From the IMG/VR virus record IMGVR_UViG_3300045450_000050, positions 71,343 through 135,342 of that record: DNA of 64,000 bases; one strand, 5' to 3'. The notes beneath the pieces are model-generated. The model had not been told where the DNA came from. It worked only from the letters and a program-made list of their open reading frames with translations, and did not search any database. This DNA comes from a virus (lineage: Duplodnaviria; Heunggongvirae; Uroviricota; Caudoviricetes). The translations under genes were made by a program, and so were the position numbers. Shown here in pieces: positions 17,364 through 26,326 of the stretch. Within the stretch, counting starts at the first letter, position 1; each line of letters begins with the position of its first letter.

Positions 17364-17407
17364 GTCAGATTCCGTTCTCCGGGGGAAGTCTCGTGCCTCC
17401 CGATGGA

Positions 17408-17441
17408 TCTATTCTTGCACGTCACGCGCTAACGCACAAGC
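17408..17441 (-). promoter_or_regulatory. promoter-like motif copy
   Basis: TCTATTCTTGCACGTCACGCGCTAACGCACAAGC (consensus copy). Confidence 0.6.
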
Positions 17442-17447
17442 CCCAGA

Positions 17448-17870
17448 TCAGACGAGATCCCAGCTAGTCGCGAGACCGTACTTCCAGCGAAGAAACCGTT
17501 CTAGGTCATACGCGCTAACCACAGCATCGAAGACAGGCGTCGACTCCCGGTTAGCGCGTGACGCGCGCGATGTGAGCCCTGCCATCATCCGGTAGGACTC
17601 CAGGTCGATTTGGCCTTCCACGGTGACGCTTCTCGGCTCCCACGTCCAGGCGTCCAGGATCTCGGCCACACCCTCGAAGTCATCCTGCCCCTCAGGGGTC
17701 CAGTTCTGGCGCTCGTCCCGTTCAGCGGCAGTGGGTATGTGCGCGTCACGCGCTAGCTGCGGGTCCACCCATATGAGACCGAGCATGCCTGTGGGCGAGC
17801 CGATGACTCGAAGCTCCGAATCTTCTTGCGCGTCACGCGCTACCCGCACGGCGGGGATGCCAGGTTTCAT
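17448..17870 (-). CDS. hypothetical protein (140 aa); reading frame contains several inverted copies of the ACGCGCTAAC half-motif
   Basis: Track ORF; coding status uncertain because of embedded dyad repeats (17507-17572, 17738-17760, 17826-17848). Confidence 0.45.
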   Translation of the reverse strand: MKPGIPAVRVARDAQEDSELRVIGSPTGMLGLIWVDPQLARDAHIPTAAERDERQNWTPEGQDDFEGVAEILDAWTWEPRSVTVEGQIDLESYRMMAGLTSRASRANRESTPVFDAVVSAYDLERFLRWKYGLATSWDLV

Positions 17871-18928
17871 TTCAGGTTCGCTTCCACGTACTCGGCTGCG
17901 AGACGTGCTGCCTCGGCAATGGTGATGGTGTCTGCGTCGGACTCGCCATAGTTGGGGCTCTTCATGTCCACGCTCTTGCCATGTTCGTGCATGTACGCGC
18001 TAAACCCCTCTGCCAGTCCGCCCAGGGCCTCGCTGTAGCTGATCTCGGCTTGGGCAAGCTCTTCGTTCGCTGCGTTCAGATTCGCGAGGGTTGCCGCTGC
18101 TGCCTTGTCAGCTTCCAGATAGGACGTGAGGCTGCGCTTTAGTGCTGCGTACGCGCTAGCCGCTGCCATCAGGTCGGCTTCGCTCGGGATCTCGAAGTCG
18201 GCTGCGCCCCTGAGGGCTCGTACACGGCCTGCGTTGATCTCCAGGGCCTCCAGGGCACCGGCGAGGCTATCTACGGCCTCAGACAGGCTCCTGGCGCGTT
18301 CTATGGCACCTTCCGCCTCGCCCAGGGCTGCTACTTGCGCTTTCAGGTCGCGATACCCCGGCACTTTTGCCTTGATCACTTCCAGATCCGCGCTGCGTGT
18401 GGTGAGCGTGCGCTTGTGGGCATCCTTGCGCCTGTTGCTCTCCCGCGCACCCTCTAGGAGCACCGTGGCATTCGTGAGGGCTCCCAGGGTCCGCGCGATC
18501 TCTGGTGCGCTCTCATCGAGCAAGTAGGGCTTGTCGAATTGCGATGCGAACGCGAGCGGGTCCTTCGGGTCGATCCCCAGGAACGCGCTCACCTCCACAG
18601 GCACTTCCCCGCCCAGCTTGCTGTACGTCGTCTGCGGTGCAAGCGGGTGGCTCGGGTCGTTCGGGATGACCACATAGCTGTTGTCGCTCGTGCCCTTGCC
18701 CCTGGTGAGCGTCACGCTCCCGTGTGTGGTGCGAAGCGTGATAGCTGCCGTCCGCTCCCCCTGACTGATGAACGCTGCGCCGCGTCGGTTCGCAATCGCT
18801 GTGTTCAGCGCTCGGGTGAGTGCGCTCTTGCCGCTGGACGACGGGCCGACGATCACGGTAAACGGTGCCAGGTCCAAGCTCACGTCATGCAGAGACTGGA
18901 AGTTCCGTACGTGGATGTGCTCGATCAC
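17867..18928 (-). CDS. SMC/SbcC/RecF-like ABC ATPase head domain protein (truncated, coiled coil)
   Basis: N-terminus MIEHIHVRNFQSLHDVSLDLAPFTVIVGPSSSGKSA (Walker A); long coiled coil; no Walker B or signature segment found. Confidence 0.75.
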   Translation of the reverse strand: MIEHIHVRNFQSLHDVSLDLAPFTVIVGPSSSGKSALTRALNTAIANRRGAAFISQGERTAAITLRTTHGSVTLTRGKGTSDNSYVVIPNDPSHPLAPQTTYSKLGGEVPVEVSAFLGIDPKDPLAFASQFDKPYLLDESAPEIARTLGALTNATVLLEGARESNRRKDAHKRTLTTRSADLEVIKAKVPGYRDLKAQVAALGEAEGAIERARSLSEAVDSLAGALEALEINAGRVRALRGAADFEIPSEADLMAAASAYAALKRSLTSYLEADKAAAATLANLNAANEELAQAEISYSEALGGLAEGFSAYMHEHGKSVDMKSPNYGESDADTITIAEAARLAAEYVEANLK

Positions 18929-19074
18929 GGGATGCTCCGATGTGTCTCGTATGCGCTCGGATCGATCCGCACCTCAGGTGACCACTCGCTATCCACACTG
19001 AGGGTGAGTCGATAGATGGCTGCTGCCGCCCATGCGAGCGCTGCCAGGCTCAGCGCGATGATGACTGGTCTCAT
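18925..19074 (-). CDS. small secreted/membrane peptide (49 aa)
   Basis: Not in track; MRPVIIALSLAALAWAAAAIY...; GTGA and ATGA overlaps. Confidence 0.45.
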   Translation of the reverse strand: MRPVIIALSLAALAWAAAAIYRLTLSVDSEWSPEVRIDPSAYETHRSIP

Positions 19075-19328
19075 GACCGTGATACTCCCTCGGGGCTCGT
19101 GATATCCGCACTGCTGACGATCCGTGCCAGGTGCTCACGGGACAACCGCGTCTTCGTCATCAGATACGGATACGGGATGCGTGCCTCTCGTGCATCCCTG
19201 ATGAGGTTGTCACGGTTAGCGCGTGACGCGGCGAGGGCTTGCTCTGCCTTGCGTACCTCCTCGCATGCCTCAGTCAGTGCCGATAGCGCGAGTGACGCAC
19301 TAATGGTTGGTGCCGGTCGTTTTGCCAT
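19071..19328 (-). CDS. hypothetical protein, possible HTH regulator (85 aa)
   Basis: Track ORF; IPYPYLMTKTRLSREHLARIV helix-turn-helix-like segment. Confidence 0.6.
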   Translation of the reverse strand: MAKRPAPTISASLALSALTEACEEVRKAEQALAASRANRDNLIRDAREARIPYPYLMTKTRLSREHLARIVSSADITSPEGVSRS

Positions 19329-19334
19329 GACCGA

Positions 19335-19366
19335 ATTGTAGCGTGTCCGTTACGCGCTAACGCGGC
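19335..19366 (-). promoter_or_regulatory. promoter-like motif copy
   Basis: ATTGTAGCGTGTCCGTTACGCGCTAACGCGGC. Confidence 0.5.
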
Positions 19367-19432
19367 CCGGGGGTGTGTCGCTAATTCGCGATTCCAGGTA
19401 CACCCCCGGTGTGCTGTGTGAGGCTCACAGGG

Positions 19433-19765
19433 CTACTTCCAAGGGCACCCGCTCTCATGGTCAACGTCGCTGCGCTCGTGGCAGTAGGCGCACACATTGC
19501 GTCGGCGCTGTTCGATGTAGTCGGTGGGAGGTGTCCCGTACCTGCCCAGGTCATCACTGCCCCAGGCAAGCATGTTGTGATGCTCGACGGCCCACGTGGG
19601 ATTGATCTCGACGTAGCGGCCGCTGCCGTCCCGTTCGATAGCGCGGGAGACAATCTGGGCGTCTTCCTCTCGCCAGAACGGACCCCCTGCGAGTTGGTAG
19701 CCGCTGCCATCCGGATTGATGACGTACAGGTGTGCCCTGCCGGTGCGCTCGGGGTATGTAGCCAT
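19433..19765 (-). CDS. hypothetical protein, C-terminal Cys/His cluster
   Basis: Track ORF; CAYCHERSDVDHESGCP. Confidence 0.7.
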   Translation of the reverse strand: MATYPERTGRAHLYVINPDGSGYQLAGGPFWREEDAQIVSRAIERDGSGRYVEINPTWAVEHHNMLAWGSDDLGRYGTPPTDYIEQRRRNVCAYCHERSDVDHESGCPWK

Positions 19766-19767
19766 GA

Positions 19768-20283
19768 TCAGGACCCCGCGCCCAGCATGGCGAAGATCTC
19801 TTCGCTGGTCTCGTACACGTGCAGGATGCCGCCCGTGGTGAGACTGATGTACGTACTGTTGTCGGCGTCACTCTCCACGGGGGTGAAGCGCGTGATGGTG
19901 AAACGGTGCACGTGCGTGGGCATCTGTCGGCCCACCTCGAACACGGTGATGAAGTCGTGGCGCACACGGGGGGCTGCGGGCGTCGGGGTGGCCCTGACAG
20001 TAGCCCTGAGGTTGTCGAAGTAGTCGCGTGCCCCGGCTGCGTACGCGTTGTATGCCTGGACGCCCACCTCATCGAACAACTCGGTGAGGGCTCCGTACAG
20101 CTCGTCAACGCCGATGTCCTCGCCCTGCACGTACACGTCCTCCCCCGCGTGGGCGGCGAGCGCGTGACGCATGTCATCGATGAGTGCGATGGGGTAGTCC
20201 TCCCACGAGTCGGGGCGGTCGTCCGTGTAGTCACGGAAGCGATTGATGATCAGATTGGTGCTGGCGGGGATCTTGATAGCCAT
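19768..20283 (-). CDS. hypothetical protein (171 aa)
   Basis: Track ORF. Confidence 0.75.
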   Translation of the reverse strand: MAIKIPASTNLIINRFRDYTDDRPDSWEDYPIALIDDMRHALAAHAGEDVYVQGEDIGVDELYGALTELFDEVGVQAYNAYAAGARDYFDNLRATVRATPTPAAPRVRHDFITVFEVGRQMPTHVHRFTITRFTPVESDADNSTYISLTTGGILHVYETSEEIFAMLGAGS

Positions 20284-20316
20284 GATGCGTTCTCGATTCT
20301 GGATTCAGGGTGGATG

Positions 20317-20640
20317 TCAGCGGAGGGGGCGACGGTTGAGGGATGCGTAGCCCAGGTCGGCGTTCCAAGCGAGCAGGTAGTCCTGCCCACCCACGCGCTG
20401 GATGCTCACGCGGTCGCTGCTGCCCCACTGACCACCGTCTGTGGTGTGGGCCTCATCGGTCTCGCTGCCCATGTCCCACTGTGCGAGATACACGGCCATG
20501 TCATGCGTGCCTGCGTCGGCGATCTCGTCGTATCCGTCGCCCTGGACGTACGCGATGGAGACCCACTGGCCCTGGCCACGGTCCCAGTAGGTCTCGTGGT
20601 CGAAAACGGCGGTGATGTCGGCGTCGGTGATGTCAGCCAT
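20317..20640 (-). CDS. acidic hypothetical protein (107 aa)
   Basis: Track ORF. Confidence 0.7.
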   Translation of the reverse strand: MADITDADITAVFDHETYWDRGQGQWVSIAYVQGDGYDEIADAGTHDMAVYLAQWDMGSETDEAHTTDGGQWGSSDRVSIQRVGGQDYLLAWNADLGYASLNRRPLR

Positions 20641-20684
20641 GATGTGATTCCGTTCGTCGGGGGGAGTCTCTTGCTCCCCGTATG

Positions 20685-20754
20685 ACTCAATTAAAACACG
20701 TCACGCGCTAACCGTCAAGACTAAATCTCGAATTGGTTAGCGCGTGACGTGTGG
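20685..20754 (-). promoter_or_regulatory. promoter-like motif copy plus inverted half-site (dyad)
   Basis: ACGTCACGCGCTAACCGTCAAG ... GGTTAGCGCGTGACGT inverted repeat ~26 bp apart. Confidence 0.5.
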
Positions 20755-20758
20755 GGGC

Positions 20759-20935
20759 TCAGGTGTAGCGCTTCGTGGCTTCCACGTCCGCGGCGTACAC
20801 ACGTGCCCAGGTGTCTGCGAGCGTCATGATGCGCTCGAATGAGGGACCCTGAGTGCCAATCGCTACCGTGGCCTTGCTCAGGGCTTGGATGGTCTGATCA
20901 CGCGACTGTGCCGCGTTTGTGTGCGGGTTAGGCAT
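20759..20935 (-). CDS. small hypothetical protein (58 aa)
   Basis: Not in track; MPNPHTNAAQSRDQTIQALSKATVAIG... Confidence 0.4.
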   Translation of the reverse strand: MPNPHTNAAQSRDQTIQALSKATVAIGTQGPSFERIMTLADTWARVYAADVEATKRYT

Positions 20936-21299
20936 GGCTCGTCATTATGACCGTGAGCGAGTCGGGCGAGACGAGAACCGCGGATGCGTCCCCCTCGAAT
21001 TGCACCAAAACGCTGCTGCTGTCTCGGCCTTGGATGAGTGAGCGTGAGAGGGTGATGCCCTCGCGCCCACTCGCATTGAGCCTGACGCGTTGTCCTGCGT
21101 GGCCATGGGGGCGCTGCATCTCAGCTTCCGCCTTTCGAAGTGTCATCTTGTCGCCGTAGCGGAGCATGTATCTCTGCGGGGTGCCGTCTTCATCCCAGCC
21201 GTGCACCTCATAACTCTCCACATACGAGTCATAGATCGAGAACGACCGTCCGCTCTTCGTATCGATGTCCGCGATGATGCCGCGGTTGCGGATGGTCAC
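20928..21299 (-). CDS. hypothetical protein (123 aa)
   Basis: Track ORF. Confidence 0.7.
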   Translation of the reverse strand: MTIRNRGIIADIDTKSGRSFSIYDSYVESYEVHGWDEDGTPQRYMLRYGDKMTLRKAEAEMQRPHGHAGQRVRLNASGREGITLSRSLIQGRDSSSVLVQFEGDASAVLVSPDSLTVIMTSHA

Positions 21300-21583
21300 A
21301 GTCCCACGCCGATCTTGGCGAGACCTTCGTTCAGCGTGGCCATAACCTGGCCCAGCTTGCGCTCGAATTCGTCGTGCGGCACGCGGGTGCTCTTGCTGCT
21401 GCCGTCGATCTCATTGAGGTGTCGGCCCGTGGTGTTCGACCAGATGTTCTCACTGACCACACGGCGCTGCCCCGGCACGTGGAACGCGACGACGGTCTCG
21501 TACGAGAACCACAGGACGAGATTGCCCAGGTAGACGCGGGTGAGGTTGTTGTTCTGGCTGCGGCTCAGTTCGACAGTGGCCAT
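21296..21583 (-). CDS. hypothetical protein (95 aa)
   Basis: Track ORF; canonical motif/stem-loop/GAAGGGA cassette upstream. Confidence 0.7.
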   Translation of the reverse strand: MATVELSRSQNNNLTRVYLGNLVLWFSYETVVAFHVPGQRRVVSENIWSNTTGRHLNEIDGSSKSTRVPHDEFERKLGQVMATLNEGLAKIGVGL

Positions 21584-21626
21584 GGTGATATCCCTTCGTG
21601 GGTGGGAGTCTGTTGCTCCCTGGTAG

Positions 21627-21662
21627 CTCTATTCTTGCACGTCACGCGCTAACAACGCAAGC
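21627..21662 (-). promoter_or_regulatory. promoter-like motif copy with stem-loop and RBS cassette
   Basis: CTCTATTCTTGCACGTCACGCGCTAACAACGCAAGC; followed by GGGAGCAACAGACTCCC and GAAGGGA. Confidence 0.6.
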
Positions 21663-21798
21663 CAATTCCGGAATCAGTTTTGATCTCGGGTGCGAGGCGC
21701 ACGACCGCGGCGCTCCGAATCATCTCAGGCCTGCCGGGGCAAGACGATGCCCCCGTGTCGGGGGGTGACACGGGGGCTGTTCGTTCTGGGACGTAGGG

Positions 21799-21933
21799 CT
21801 ACACCTTCCCCACCCCCTTACGGCCCAGCCGCATGATGACGGCGAGTGTGATGCACGCGATGAGGCAGACGATGCCCAGCGCGGCGAGGGTGGGAGTGAG
21901 AGTCAGGACGTAGAACGTCTGAGACACGCTCAC
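21799..21933 (-). CDS. small membrane protein (44 aa)
   Basis: GTGA overlap; VSVSQTFYVLTLTPTLAALGIVCLIACITLAVIM... Confidence 0.4.
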   Translation of the reverse strand: MSVSQTFYVLTLTPTLAALGIVCLIACITLAVIMRLGRKGVGKV

Positions 21934-22190
21934 TTGACGTTGCGCACCGCGCGCATGCCCAGGTCGGTGAGACGGGCGCGGTGCGGCTTGCTCAGGTCGA
22001 CAGCGACCATGCCCTTGCCCTCCAGACGGGAGAACATGGCGTCGTTGATGACGGAGCCCGGGGCGATGGGCGCGGTGCCGTGGGTGTCGATCAGGCGCAG
22101 GGCCTCGACCTGAGGCTTGGTCAGCTTCGCGGCCTTGGTCGCGGCGGCGAGGGTGGAGGTACGGACGGCGAAGATCTCGCGTGCACTCAT
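21930..22190 (-). CDS. hypothetical protein (86 aa), possibly winged-helix
   Basis: Track ORF. Confidence 0.65.
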   Translation of the reverse strand: MSAREIFAVRTSTLAAATKAAKLTKPQVEALRLIDTHGTAPIAPGSVINDAMFSRLEGKGMVAVDLSKPHRARLTDLGMRAVRNVK

Positions 22191-22231
22191 GATGGATCAG
22201 TCTTTTCTGTGTGGATGTGATCGGTGGATGG

Positions 22232-22693
22232 TCAGGATGTGAAGTCTTCGAAGCCCTCACGGGCAAGGAACGCGGTTGCGTCGGCGTAGGTGGCGAACGG
22301 CACGTGCGTGATCAGGCCGACTGCGGTGAGATACCACTGCACGTCGTAGGTGCCGTCCTCGGTGCCGTAGACGTTCGCTTCCGCTTCGGCGTCGTCGGTC
22401 TGGTCGTTCGGGCCGAAACGGAGCCACACGTCCAGGGCCACGTCGGTGAAGCGCTCACGGACGCGGAACGGGCCGTTGTCCTGCCACCACTCCAGCGTGT
22501 GAGCCTCGCCCGGCACGGCTTCGTGGTCCTCCAGGGCATTGTCGTGGTCGTTGCCGCGCGTGAGGTGAACCCACGGTGCGATGTCGTCGGGGTTGTCCTC
22601 ATGCGCGCTGTTGACCTCGATGAAGAACGGGCACGGTGCGCCGTCCTCGGTGTGACCTGCACACAGGATGTAGTCGCGTTCCTTGATGGCCAT
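22232..22693 (-). CDS. acidic hypothetical protein (153 aa)
   Basis: Track ORF; cassette upstream. Confidence 0.75.
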   Translation of the reverse strand: MAIKERDYILCAGHTEDGAPCPFFIEVNSAHEDNPDDIAPWVHLTRGNDHDNALEDHEAVPGEAHTLEWWQDNGPFRVRERFTDVALDVWLRFGPNDQTDDAEAEANVYGTEDGTYDVQWYLTAVGLITHVPFATYADATAFLAREGFEDFTS

Positions 22694-22737
22694 GGCCTGA
22701 TTCCCTTCGTGGGTGGGAGTCTGTTGCTCCCGATGTA

Positions 22738-22771
22738 TCTATTATTGCACGTCACGCGCTAACGCGCAAGC
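22738..22771 (-). promoter_or_regulatory. promoter-like motif copy with stem-loop and RBS cassette
   Basis: TCTATTATTGCACGTCACGCGCTAACGCGCAAGC. Confidence 0.6.
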
Positions 22772-22866
22772 TCAGTTTCGATCTCGCTTGCTCGGGGGCG
22801 TGGGGGCCGCAATCATGCCGATCAGGGCCCCCACGACGAACACGTGCAAGATGATGCCTTCGAGGC

Positions 22867-23562
22867 TCACACGCTCAGCATTTCGGGAAGCTCGGGAGCC
22901 CCGGACTCGAACGCGCCCGCAGACCGCTTCGCGTAGGTCTCGCCCACGTATCCCCAGCACTGGATGTCGACCTCGAAGTCATCGAAGTCGATCTCGTCGT
23001 CAGCGAGCACACGCTCGGGCAGGGTGGCCCAACCGATGCCGTAGACCTCACCTTCGGCGATTGCACGCACCTCATCGGACATGGAGTCGACCCATTTCTG
23101 TGCCTCATCCTGATCGATCAGACCGTCGTCCTCGATGTGAGCACGAAATTCGGGCGTGTTCAGGATCAGCACGTCGTACGCGTGCCCGTAGCCGTAGTCG
23201 CCGCGGTGGAACGTGGTGCCGTGGAAGATCCATGCCCAGCGAGCGAGCACGGCGTCGCCCTTGTCGATGTGGTGCGCGCTCAGGCCGTTGTAGCGGTAGC
23301 CCGCGGCGTAGCGGAAGCGGTCGCGCGCCTCGACGATGCGCGACGCGATGGACGCACTGTCACCATCGAAGCCGCCCACGTGGTCGACACTGTCGCGGTC
23401 CACCAGGAACACGGGCAGGATCGCGTCGCCGTCCAGGTTGGTCGAGAACGATGCCTCACTGTCACGCTGGATGACGGCGAGCACACGGGGGTCGTTCGTG
23501 GGTGCCCACGCCGTCTGGTAGTCGTCCGTGTCGGTCCAGTCGTTGCACGTGATGATGTTCAT
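22867..23562 (-). CDS. hypothetical protein (231 aa)
   Basis: Track ORF; cassette upstream. Confidence 0.75.
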   Translation of the reverse strand: MNIITCNDWTDTDDYQTAWAPTNDPRVLAVIQRDSEASFSTNLDGDAILPVFLVDRDSVDHVGGFDGDSASIASRIVEARDRFRYAAGYRYNGLSAHHIDKGDAVLARWAWIFHGTTFHRGDYGYGHAYDVLILNTPEFRAHIEDDGLIDQDEAQKWVDSMSDEVRAIAEGEVYGIGWATLPERVLADDEIDFDDFEVDIQCWGYVGETYAKRSAGAFESGAPELPEMLSV

Positions 23563-23605
23563 GGTGATGTCCCTTCGTGGGTGGGAGTCTCTTGCTCCCG
23601 ATGTG

Positions 23606-23639
23606 TCTATTCTTGCATGTCACGCGCTAACGCACAAGC
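23606..23639 (-). promoter_or_regulatory. promoter-like motif copy with stem-loop and RBS cassette
   Basis: TCTATTCTTGCATGTCACGCGCTAACGCACAAGC. Confidence 0.6.
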
Positions 23640-23657
23640 CTGAATCTGAAATTAGTT

Positions 23658-23921
23658 TCAGTGCCAGTCGAGCAGGGTGTGTAGATCCGCGGGCTCGATG
23701 TCCAGTTCCCGCACGCGCACGCGATGCGTGGGGAGGTCGATCTCGATGATGGACAGGTACACGCTCGATGAGTCCATCTGAGGCGGGCTCAGGATCATGC
23801 ATGTGGTGCCGTCGACCGTGTAGGTGACGATGGCATCTTCGCCGTATGCCTCGGTGATGATGTCGATCTGTTCCTGCATCTCAGGCAGGGGAAGTAGCCG
23901 TTCGGCCATGGGGTAGTGCAT
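23658..23921 (-). CDS. hypothetical protein (87 aa)
   Basis: Track ORF. Confidence 0.65.
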   Translation of the reverse strand: MHYPMAERLLPLPEMQEQIDIITEAYGEDAIVTYTVDGTTCMILSPPQMDSSSVYLSIIEIDLPTHRVRVRELDIEPADLHTLLDWH

Positions 23922-24000
23922 CCGTTCTGGTTAGTGCGTAACGCTCAGTATCTCATGTACAGGGGCGCGAACGCAATGCTCCGAATCTTCTTCTCATCAG

Positions 24001-24031
24001 GCAAAAAGATGGGGGACGGTTGCCCGTCCCC
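24001..24031 (-). terminator. intrinsic terminator
   Basis: Minus strand GGGGGACGG-GCAA-CCGUCCCCC followed by CAUCUUUUUG. Confidence 0.55.
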
Positions 24032-24037
24032 CTGATC

Positions 24038-24526
24038 TCAGTCCTCGCGCAACCCTTCCTCCCAGGCCTCGCGACCCTTGCCGAAGAACGCGGCCAGGCG
24101 GTGCTCGGTGGACTCACACGCGTCGTACATGCGCTGTGCTTTCCGGATGTCCGTGGGAGTCTCCCACTCCATGCCGAGGCCCAACGCCCAGCCCTCACCG
24201 AAGCGCTCGTAGGCAATCGTGCCTGCATCCAGGAACGCCGCCTCCAGGCCTTCGTGGCCAATGGGCGTGGATGCGAGCGTGCCACACCTCCACGTGATCG
24301 AGAACGTGCGGCCCTGGTGCCGGTAGGTGAACACGTAGGTGTAGTGCTCCCAGCCGTCGACCTCGCGCGGCTGCGCCTTCGTGCTGTCCAGGCGCACGCT
24401 GTAGCCGATGACCGAAGCGCCGGGGTCGACCGCGGTCTGGGTGAGGCCCAGGTAGTTGACCACGGTCTCACCGCTCAGGATGAGGATGCCGCTGATGGGG
24501 GCGGTGAGGGGCTTGTGCGCGTTCAT
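24038..24526 (-). CDS. hypothetical protein (162 aa)
   Basis: Track ORF 24038..24586 trimmed; its first 20 aa (MTCKNRSIGSTRLPPTNGIT) are the translated promoter-motif/stem-loop/RBS cassette. Confidence 0.7.
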   Translation of the reverse strand: MNAHKPLTAPISGILILSGETVVNYLGLTQTAVDPGASVIGYSVRLDSTKAQPREVDGWEHYTYVFTYRHQGRTFSITWRCGTLASTPIGHEGLEAAFLDAGTIAYERFGEGWALGLGMEWETPTDIRKAQRMYDACESTEHRLAAFFGKGREAWEEGLRED

Positions 24527-24568
24527 GGTGATTCCGTTCGTCGGTGGGAGTCTCGTGCTCCCTATGGA

Positions 24569-24601
24569 TCTATTCTTGCACGTCACGCGCTAACGCGCAA
24601 C
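24569..24601 (-). promoter_or_regulatory. promoter-like motif copy with stem-loop and RBS cassette
   Basis: TCTATTCTTGCACGTCACGCGCTAACGCGCAAC. Confidence 0.6.
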
Positions 24602-24607
24602 TCCATC

Positions 24608-24748
24608 TCAGTCTTTCGTGCGCAGGATGTCGATCAGGACATACACGCCGAACCCGAAGAGGGCCAGGACGGCGAGACCCGCGCTCGCGATCTCGGGGTC
24701 GATCCATCCCTCGGGATAGCGCGCGACCTCGGCCAGGATGGGGCTCAC
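24608..24748 (-). CDS. small membrane protein (46 aa)
   Basis: Not in track; GTGA overlap. Confidence 0.4.
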   Translation of the reverse strand: MSPILAEVARYPEGWIDPEIASAGLAVLALFGFGVYVLIDILRTKD

Positions 24749-25485
24749 GGGGTGACCATCTCGTCAGCCTGCGGCGTGCCCAGGGCCTTGATGAAGTCAC
24801 GCGCTGCGGCGAGGGCGTCGCGCTTTGAACCAATGGTCGTGTAGTTGATGATGTCGTAGGTGTAGTCGCACGTGATCTCGCTCCCGCCGATGTCGGACAG
24901 GTCACTGCAATGCATGTATTCGGTCATGTTCTCGACGGCGTATCCGTCACGGCGCGGGCGGAAGTCTTCGCCGTTGTCGACACCCGGGACCACGTACGCG
25001 GCCTCGGTGACCACAAGGTGCGTGCCATCCAGCAGGGACTGGATGAAGCGACGGCCAGGGGCCGCGGAGAGTTGACGGTCACCGCCGATGTCGCCCTCAT
25101 CGGCGACGTACCCCCCGTACTCGACGGGCGCAGCCTGGGGCCAGTACGCGACCGCCCAGCCGATGGCATCGCCCTCGGGGAGACTGCCGTCTTCGTCGCG
25201 CACCTCCACGACACAGAACGCGACCGCGCCGTTGTCGGTGTGGGTGGCGAGGTCGTCCAGTGCCCACTGTCCCCACTGCTCGGATGCGTGCATGACCGCG
25301 CCGTTGTAGCTCTGCTGGCCCGTGTGACCGGTCAGCACGTGCCATCCGCTGTCCACGCTCACGTCGTCGGGTCCCAGGATGACCTCAGGGGCGTGCAGGA
25401 ACACGCTCGACTCGGTGATGGTGCCGTCCGCGTTCAGGACGTACACGGCGTCGAAGTCGGGGTCGAAGGTGGCGATGTCGATCAT
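24745..25485 (-). CDS. acidic hypothetical protein (246 aa)
   Basis: Trimmed to MIDIATFDPDFD... (cassette-derived N-terminal extension removed). Confidence 0.7.
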   Translation of the reverse strand: MIDIATFDPDFDAVYVLNADGTITESSVFLHAPEVILGPDDVSVDSGWHVLTGHTGQQSYNGAVMHASEQWGQWALDDLATHTDNGAVAFCVVEVRDEDGSLPEGDAIGWAVAYWPQAAPVEYGGYVADEGDIGGDRQLSAAPGRRFIQSLLDGTHLVVTEAAYVVPGVDNGEDFRPRRDGYAVENMTEYMHCSDLSDIGGSEITCDYTYDIINYTTIGSKRDALAAARDFIKALGTPQADEMVTP

Positions 25486-25527
25486 GGTCTTGCCTCTCGT
25501 GAGGGGGAGTCTCTTGCTCCCGATGTG

Positions 25528-25561
25528 TCTATTCTTGCATGTCACGCGCTAACGCACAAGC
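25528..25561 (-). promoter_or_regulatory. promoter-like motif copy with stem-loop and RBS cassette
   Basis: TCTATTCTTGCATGTCACGCGCTAACGCACAAGC. Confidence 0.6.
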
Positions 25562-25573
25562 CTGAATCTGGAA

Positions 25574-25762
25574 TTAGTTTTCGAGCGCCATGGGAGCGGG
25601 CTCAGGTGCATCCAGGATCTCGGGGTGATAGATGCCGTTGTGCGCCTCGATCTGACGTTGCACGACATCGGGCAGGTTCTGCGAGCGCTGGAAGTGCGGA
25701 CACTTGTCACACACGGCGCGCACGTAACCGGGCGTGCGGCCAGGCACTGCGTGGGCACTCAT
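25574..25762 (-). CDS. small zinc-ribbon-like protein (62 aa)
   Basis: ATGA overlap; CDKCPH. Confidence 0.55.
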   Translation of the reverse strand: MSAHAVPGRTPGYVRAVCDKCPHFQRSQNLPDVVQRQIEAHNGIYHPEILDAPEPAPMALEN

Positions 25763-26079
25763 GCGCCCTGGTGCTCCCACGTGTCGAAGTAGCCGTTCTC
25801 CCAGGCGTCGGCCAGCGCTTCGACCCCATCGACTGCGCTAGTCGATCCGAGACGTGCGTACCCCACGTCAGCGGCGACGCTGCGGGGCGAGGGGCTGTCG
25901 GCCCACTCGCCACTGAGGGGCGTCTCTTCGGAACGCACACAGCCCGCGGCGATCTGCGCACGGGCACGGTCGCTGCCCAGTGCGGAAGCTGCATCGAACT
26001 GCTCTTGCGTGGGCCATGCACCGGAGGGAGCCACCTGAAAGAAATGGTGTCCTTCGTACTCGTGCTCTTTGAACTCCAT
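25759..26079 (-). CDS. hypothetical protein (106 aa)
   Basis: Trimmed to MEFKEHEYEGHHFF... Confidence 0.65.
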   Translation of the reverse strand: MEFKEHEYEGHHFFQVAPSGAWPTQEQFDAASALGSDRARAQIAAGCVRSEETPLSGEWADSPSPRSVAADVGYARLGSTSAVDGVEALADAWENGYFDTWEHQGA

Positions 26080-26121
26080 GGTGTCTCCGATGTCCGGGGG
26101 GAGGCTCGTGCTCCCGATGGA

Positions 26122-26155
26122 TCTATTTAAGCACGTCACGCGCTAACGCACAAGC
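26122..26155 (-). promoter_or_regulatory. promoter-like motif copy with stem-loop and RBS cassette
   Basis: TCTATTTAAGCACGTCACGCGCTAACGCACAAGC. Confidence 0.6.
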
Positions 26156-26326
26156 TCGGATCTGGAAGTGATGTCGGCCTGCGTGCCGGGGTGCTCCGAA
26201 TCTTCTCCGGCCACGCGCCCGCGCATGAGAGAGGCCCCCCACCTCCCGAGAGAGATGAGGGGCCATGCCGCGGGTACGCACTTTGTGCTTTCGCGGGGGC
26301 TGTACTCTGTGCGGCGTGTGGTCAGC

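Noticed and set aside
21799-22266. 155-aa track ORF 21799..22266
   Set aside because: It is an out-of-frame artefact over the 21930..22190 gene. Only its C-terminal 44-aa membrane micro-ORF (GTGA-coupled) is plausible.
24038-24586. N-terminal extensions MTCKNRSIGS..., MTCNNRYIGS..., MTCLNRSIGS... on several track ORFs
   Set aside because: These peptides are the in-frame translation of the conserved promoter motif, stem-loop and RBS cassette. Genes were trimmed to the ATG that follows the GAAGGGA RBS.
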